A stretch of DNA of 64,000 nucleotides from Bacteriovoracaceae bacterium. Its GTDB lineage: Bacteria > Bdellovibrionota > Bacteriovoracia > Bacteriovoracales > Bacteriovoracaceae. The translations under genes were made by a program, and so were the position numbers. Below are positions 59,181-64,000 of this stretch, piece after piece (position 1 is the stretch's first letter; each line of letters begins with the position of its first letter). A model generated the notes under the pieces. That model worked only from the letters and a program-made list of their open reading frames with translations. It was not told where the DNA came from and made no database searches. The stretch lies in contig JBLWTJ010000001.1 of NCBI GenBank assembly GCA_048270185.1, positions 1,568,001-1,632,000 on the forward strand, given 5' to 3'.

Positions 59181-60596
59181 TTACCTCTGCTTTACCAGAT
59201 AGTATTTGAAGAAGTTATTAATGAGAAGAGTTAGATTCTTTACAGAGAAAGTATCAAGCACAAGTTTAAAAAATGGCCAGCGAAATAGATTGGCAAAAGA
59301 AGCATAACGAATAAGCTTACGTTGTTCTTCAACTGAAAATTCTTGATTATCAAGTAGTGCCTTTTGCTGACTATATTCGATAGTAAAATTTGATTTTGGA
59401 ATAAGGCCTTTCTCTAGCGCTTCATCATATAGCTGAGTACCAGGAAATGGAGAAGCTCCATAGAATTGAAAAGCACTTAATTTAAGTGACTTTGCAAATT
59501 CAATCGATTCTTTCGCAGAATGAATTGTTTCATTTGGAAGCCCTAAAATAAAGTGGCCAACCGTTTTGAGTCCGACTTTTTGAGCAGTTGCTACCGCTTT
59601 TTGCATTTGATCTTTATTGATACCTTTCTTTGATGCTTTAAGAATTTCTTCATTGGAAGACTCGAGACCAAAGGCAATCATCCAACATCCAGCATCCTTC
59701 ATGGCACGAGCGATCTCTTCATCAATAGTATCAACACGAGAATTACAGACCCAATTAATATTGAGCTCTTGAATCTTTAAGCATAGTTTTAAAACAAAGC
59801 GTTTATCGATCGTGAATGTATCGGCCCAGAATAGAAAATCTCTAACACCAAAGACCTCAACATTTCGCTTAATTTCATTATAAATTGAATCGACACTTCT
59901 TTTTCTAAGACTACTTCCATAGAAGCTTGGAGCAGTACAAAAAGTACAAGACCAAGGACAGCCACGAAGTGGTGCGATCATTAGATACGGTCTCCACTTT
60001 AATGGCAGTAAGTATTCTTTGAACTTGAAAAGTTCCCACGCTGGCTCACCAAGCTCATCAAGGTTACTGATAAACTTGGCCGGTTCATTTTTTTTAATCT
60101 CTCCATTATAGCGGAATGTGATTCCAAGCGATTTGAAATTGTATTCTTTACGTTGAATTTCCTGTGCTAATTTTAGAACAATATCTTCCGGCTCATTTCT
60201 GATGACGACATCAAGTTCAGGGCACTTTAATAGGGCCTCTTCAGATAGATTTGAAACGTGAGTCCCAATACAGGCAATATACACATTTGGTAGGCACTTT
60301 TTAATAAGGGCCACAACTTCTAAGTCAGAATTTATGCTTGGAGACCCAGTCGAGATAACAACGAGTTCCGGTTTATTATCAATCAGGTACTTTTGAAAGT
60401 TTTCACGAGAATGATGTCCAATAGAACCATCATACCCCAGGGCCTCAAAATGGTGCTTTTTAAGGTAGCCACCTATTGACGCGAGACTATAAGGAGGAAA
60501 AACCATGGACCATATACTGGCCTCTTGAGTACACCTTCCTTCACGAGTGTAACCTGTATTTTTAAATGAAGGTGGATTCAATAGAAGTATTTTCAC
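59181..60596 (-). CDS. B12-binding-type radical SAM protein (HpnJ-like architecture)
   Basis: GTG start; 'LLNPP...REGRC', 'NEPE', 'RGCPWSCTFC', 'AGCWMIAFGLES', 'PFPGT'. Confidence 0.9.
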   Translation of the reverse strand: MKILLLNPPSFKNTGYTREGRCTQEASIWSMVFPPYSLASIGGYLKKHHFEALGYDGSIGHHSRENFQKYLIDNKPELVVISTGSPSINSDLEVVALIKKCLPNVYIACIGTHVSNLSEEALLKCPELDVVIRNEPEDIVLKLAQEIQRKEYNFKSLGITFRYNGEIKKNEPAKFISNLDELGEPAWELFKFKEYLLPLKWRPYLMIAPLRGCPWSCTFCTAPSFYGSSLRKRSVDSIYNEIKRNVEVFGVRDFLFWADTFTIDKRFVLKLCLKIQELNINWVCNSRVDTIDEEIARAMKDAGCWMIAFGLESSNEEILKASKKGINKDQMQKAVATAQKVGLKTVGHFILGLPNETIHSAKESIEFAKSLKLSAFQFYGASPFPGTQLYDEALEKGLIPKSNFTIEYSQQKALLDNQEFSVEEQRKLIRYASFANLFRWPFFKLVLDTFSVKNLTLLINNFFKYYLVKQR

Positions 60597-60644
60597 TATT
60601 TAGCCTTGAACTTTAAACAGATATACAATTATACTATACTCTAC

Positions 60645-61394
60645 ATGAGAAATAAGTCAAAAATCCCTTATAACCGCAGTGTTGCCCTTGCAATACCCTG
60701 TCTTAACGAAGAAAAAACTATTTCTGATGTCATAAAAAACAGTCGCTCACAAATTGAAGATATTAATGTCTATGTTTTCGACAATGGTAGTAGTGATAAT
60801 AGTATAAAAATTAGTGAAAATTCTGGTGCTAAAGTAGTCAGAGTTTCAAAACTTGGTAAAGGTCATGTCGTTCATGAGATTCTTTCCACGCTAAGTGAAG
60901 ATTTTATTATTATCGTTGATGGTGACAATACCTACGATGTGACAAATATCAACGCTCATATCAAAGAAATGATTGAAGAAGAAATCGATATGATTATTGG
61001 TCACCGCCAATATGCTAGTTGTTATTCTCATTCTAAAACAAGACGATTTGGAAATTATCTCATCAGTAGTCTCTTTAATCTGTTATTCGGCCAAGATTAT
61101 AGCGATATCTTGAGTGGCTATCGCATTGTTAACCAAAGAGCTGCAAAACTTACTCTACCAAAGACAAGTGGATTCGAAGTAGAAACACTATGGACGTATA
61201 ACTCATCTCAAAGTGATATCAAAATATGCGAAAGAGTAATTAACTATATTACCAGACCAGAAGGTAGTAACTCTAAACTTTCTGTATTAAAAGATGGTTG
61301 TCGTATCTCTAAGCTGATGATGAAGCTTTTCCTTTTTGGTAACGAAACACAATCCAAAGAGAAAGCAATAGAAGTAAGCCAAAGAGAAAACTGA
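60645..61394 (+). CDS. GT2 polyprenyl-phosphate glycosyltransferase (DPM synthase/GtrB-like)
   Basis: 'IPCLNEEKTI', 'DNGSSD', 'GKG', 'VDGDNTY', 'DILSGYR', 'GFEVET', 'RPEGSNSKL...DG'. Confidence 0.88.
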   Translation: MRNKSKIPYNRSVALAIPCLNEEKTISDVIKNSRSQIEDINVYVFDNGSSDNSIKISENSGAKVVRVSKLGKGHVVHEILSTLSEDFIIIVDGDNTYDVTNINAHIKEMIEEEIDMIIGHRQYASCYSHSKTRRFGNYLISSLFNLLFGQDYSDILSGYRIVNQRAAKLTLPKTSGFEVETLWTYNSSQSDIKICERVINYITRPEGSNSKLSVLKDGCRISKLMMKLFLFGNETQSKEKAIEVSQREN

Positions 61395-63108
61395 TCTTTA
61401 GACCTAAATAAAAACCATCCGGAACAAAATGTAGAAAAATTGATTTTTGTCCTTTTTCTGCATGCACACCTATTAATCCATTGTAATCAAATACTCGATT
61501 ATCTTCGAAGCGCCAACCATCATGATAGTTTTGATTAACTATAATATCTGTATTTTCCTTAAGTTCAGGAAAGAATAAATTAATGCCATTTGGAACAAAT
61601 TGAAAAGAAATATCATTCTCAATGGTATTATCTAAGTAATAAACTTCACCACGATAATCTTTACTATCACGAGGACTTACAAATGTTTTAACTGTTGCGA
61701 CTTCTTCAGATTCATCATTATAAGTTGTCGATATTCCAGCAAGATAGCAGGGGTAAAAACCAATCTGCGTAGTAGTCATATACTCAATTCTAATTGGACA
61801 CTTTCTGACTGTAACAAAATCACCCCTTGCAGGCATAACGCTCTTAAAAGGAAATGCAAAAGTAGTAACATAGTAACTAACACAGATAATAGGAACTACA
61901 CTTAGTCCAAGAGTAAGGTATTTAACAAGATTTTTTCTATTATATTTATAAAAAATATACTCAAAACCTGCTGCGGAGAAATAAGCAAAACCGAAAAGAA
62001 AGAAAGCTCTGAAACGCATAGGAAAACGAATACTATCGAATGGAAAGAAATTATTTAAATACGTCCAAGGCCCATGTGGCAATCTTGTCCCAAACGAAAG
62101 TAATAAGAATGTTAATGTAAAAAATAAAATAGGACGACTAAACTTATCTTTATTAAATAGTCCTATGAAAAATAATATTATTGGGACCAGTCCAACAAAC
62201 ATTCCATTCTCATCCCACCAATGATTAATACCTCTAAGGAAGTCGCCTTTACCATCTGGAAATATTTTTTTGAAATCATTTTTCGCATATCTTTCAGAAG
62301 TTTCACGGTAAAGCTTTTGTCTAGGGTAAATCATCGAGTAAACAAGACCCTGAAGGCTGAAACCTGAATAAATATCACCTATCTCTCTAGGAGCATCTTT
62401 CATATATAAGACACCTGGATATAGCTTCACAGCACCTAAACCAATCCCTAGAACAACACCTATAATAAAAGCTTTTATTTTAGGAGTATTAGATTTATTC
62501 AAGTGATATAAGAACCAAATACCGAAGCTTAATAAAACTAATGTAATTGCGTGAGCCGCCCCCATCATTACCATCGAAAAAATATAGATAGGAATTCCTA
62601 TATAAATTGTTCGTTTTGAACCTCTTAGCCAGAACCAAAATAGAAGAGGAAATGTAACGTAATAAGCAAAACTCAACATCCCTGTTCCCATGATGAGAAC
62701 AAACATACTATTAAGTACACATACACTGACAAATAGAACACATGCGAGAGGACCAAATTTAAACTCTTTGGCGCACAAATAAGCGCCTATTACGCCTGTC
62801 AGATATGTCACAACACAGAGAAATTTAAAAGCTACAATATTGGAAAGAAAATATAATATTGGAGTTAGAATATGAAAGCCAGCTACAACAGGATATCCCC
62901 AAAAATTATTTCCACCACGTGAGTAGTGAATCCAAAAAGGAAGCTTCAAATTTCTAACTGAATCGAGATAGTGACTAAGGTTCATTATTTCATTATCGAA
63001 ATCTATCAGGCCCCAATTATCAATATTAAAAAATATCGGTAATATCGTAATCAAGGCAAGTACGATACATGTGATAAAAGAATGTCTATGCGTAAATTTT
63101 GACTCCAA
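61309..63108 (-). CDS. YfhO-like polytopic membrane glycosyltransferase (GT-C)
   Basis: TTG behind GAGGA; 'LPFW..Y..GG', 'RFPMRF', C-terminal 'VNQNYHDGW...F.FVP....GL..S'. Confidence 0.72.
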   Translation of the reverse strand: MESKFTHRHSFITCIVLALITILPIFFNIDNWGLIDFDNEIMNLSHYLDSVRNLKLPFWIHYSRGGNNFWGYPVVAGFHILTPILYFLSNIVAFKFLCVVTYLTGVIGAYLCAKEFKFGPLACVLFVSVCVLNSMFVLIMGTGMLSFAYYVTFPLLFWFWLRGSKRTIYIGIPIYIFSMVMMGAAHAITLVLLSFGIWFLYHLNKSNTPKIKAFIIGVVLGIGLGAVKLYPGVLYMKDAPREIGDIYSGFSLQGLVYSMIYPRQKLYRETSERYAKNDFKKIFPDGKGDFLRGINHWWDENGMFVGLVPIILFFIGLFNKDKFSRPILFFTLTFLLLSFGTRLPHGPWTYLNNFFPFDSIRFPMRFRAFFLFGFAYFSAAGFEYIFYKYNRKNLVKYLTLGLSVVPIICVSYYVTTFAFPFKSVMPARGDFVTVRKCPIRIEYMTTTQIGFYPCYLAGISTTYNDESEEVATVKTFVSPRDSKDYRGEVYYLDNTIENDISFQFVPNGINLFFPELKENTDIIVNQNYHDGWRFEDNRVFDYNGLIGVHAEKGQKSIFLHFVPDGFYLGLKISFLFGLLLLLSLWIVFRYQKGKASSSA

Positions 63109-63116
63109 TATTTCCT

Positions 63117-64000
63117 CTAATTAATACGATAGGCACGATGAATATCATTTTCATCAATTAATTCTAAGTTTAAATTCCAGCTTCGTGGGACGAGTATTAA
63201 ATCAACTTTATATTTATCTTTTAACATCACCCATTGTTGTCTATCTCTTTGACTCCATTCCTTAAATATTTTCTTTTCAATTAAATTGATACTATTCCTA
63301 TATGGTATTTCTGGTCTTAAGAATTCAATCCCATAAAGATCAAGCATGACATCACGATAAAATGACATCATATTCGAGTTGTAGACAAGGTCATCAATTG
63401 TATCAAGATCCATAATATTTGGAAGACCAGTTATTAACTGACATTGCTCACAAGAGGGAGTGGATAATAAAAAGGTCCCCTGTTTATTAACTTTTCTATA
63501 AAACTCATCATTTTCATAATACTTCATTTGAGACACATTAAAGCTATAGGCCTTCTTAGAAGTAGTAGCGTAAAGTGTAAAAACGAAGATTGCAAATATA
63601 CTTATAATTGAAATAAATAGTTTATTCGTATAAATAGGTAGATCTTTAAAACGTGGAAGAAGAAGTGAAATGCAAAGGCCATATAAAAATATAAGTACAA
63701 TATTCTTATAAATGGCATATCGATCGAGCATATATATAAAGCTCCAATCCGCCAAAGCGGAGTCAAAAAGAAATAAGAGAAACAAAGTCAAAATAGCTTT
63801 AGACACGACACGAGTTTTTGCTATTGCAAAAGTAATAAGAACGCCAGGAGCTAGAAACAAAGTATAGTTTAATAGTCTTGTCGCCAAGGTACTCCACCAA
63901 TAGGCCGGCATAAAGTTAACTAGATATTGACCAAAGTGGCCCTGAAAAAAACCAATTAAACTCAAAGTCAGTAATGTCGTAAAAAGAAGTTTTAATTGAT
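63117..64000 (-). CDS. Membrane protein, C-terminal part (5' end beyond window)
   Basis: Frame is open to the window edge; several TM helices then a soluble tail ending 'KYKVDLILVP'. Confidence 0.65.
   Translation of the reverse strand, partial: QLKLLFTTLLTLSLIGFFQGHFGQYLVNFMPAYWWSTLATRLLNYTLFLAPGVLITFAIAKTRVVSKAILTLFLLFLFDSALADWSFIYMLDRYAIYKNIVLIFLYGLCISLLLPRFKDLPIYTNKLFISIISIFAIFVFTLYATTSKKAYSFNVSQMKYYENDEFYRKVNKQGTFLLSTPSCEQCQLITGLPNIMDLDTIDDLVYNSNMMSFYRDVMLDLYGIEFLRPEIPYRNSINLIEKKIFKEWSQRDRQQWVMLKDKYKVDLILVPRSWNLNLELIDENDIHRAYRIN

Noticed and set aside
44755..60596. Hopanoid biosynthesis locus
   Set aside because: No squalene-hopene cyclase, HpnCDE, HpnG/H or HpnN seen here; HpnJ likeness is architectural only
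30740..64000. Whole cluster as an integrative element at the CAT tRNA
   Set aside because: The only repeat copy seen is 224 bp from the tRNA and no integrase or transposase is in the window; cannot be excluded beyond the edge
33843..64000. RiPP cluster (SPASM and B12 rSAMs)
   Set aside because: No precursor peptide in the short intergenic gaps, no PqqD/RRE, peptidase or ABC exporter; context is glycosyltransferase-rich
1..64000. CRISPR arrays, IS elements, prophage genes, rRNA; many 60-145 aa antisense ORFs in the track
   Set aside because: No regularly spaced repeats, transposases or phage genes seen; the short ORFs lie inside well-supported genes

Overview
AT-rich bacterial chromosome segment; gene content and style suggest a predatory Bdellovibrionota member such as Halobacteriovorax/Bacteriovorax (inference only). 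Positions 1-33.8 kb are mixed housekeeping and accessory genes: PrkA-like kinase (5' truncated), RluA-family synthase, tRNA-His, THUMP methyltransferase, two chemoreceptors, an ApbE/TlpA/DUF3570/DUF4266 flavinylation operon, a tandem pair of secreted MACPF-like paralogs, a Csu-type chaperone-usher pilus operon, mtgA, tlyA, dapF, a CAT-anticodon tRNA with a duplicated 3' end, and a cholesterol-oxidase-like GMC enzyme. From 33.8 kb to the window end is a cluster of more than 30 kb with 10 radical SAM enzymes (7 with N-terminal cobalamin-binding-type domains, 3 SPASM/twitch type), 3 GT2 glycosyltransferases, 3-4 polytopic GT-C-like membrane proteins, an SxtJ/DUF5989/O-carbamoyltransferase trio, a DegT aminotransferase and a split Rieske oxygenase with a tandem-duplicated catalytic domain. 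I read it as a candidate pathway for building a heavily modified lipid-linked sugar and transferring it to a surface acceptor; it is the most novel-looking system here. Several non-coding candidates were also seen: a 16-aa leader peptide, an orphan terminated structured RNA, tRNA-linked hairpin elements and a 20-bp inverted repeat leader. All family assignments come from motif recognition by eye; no database searches were run.
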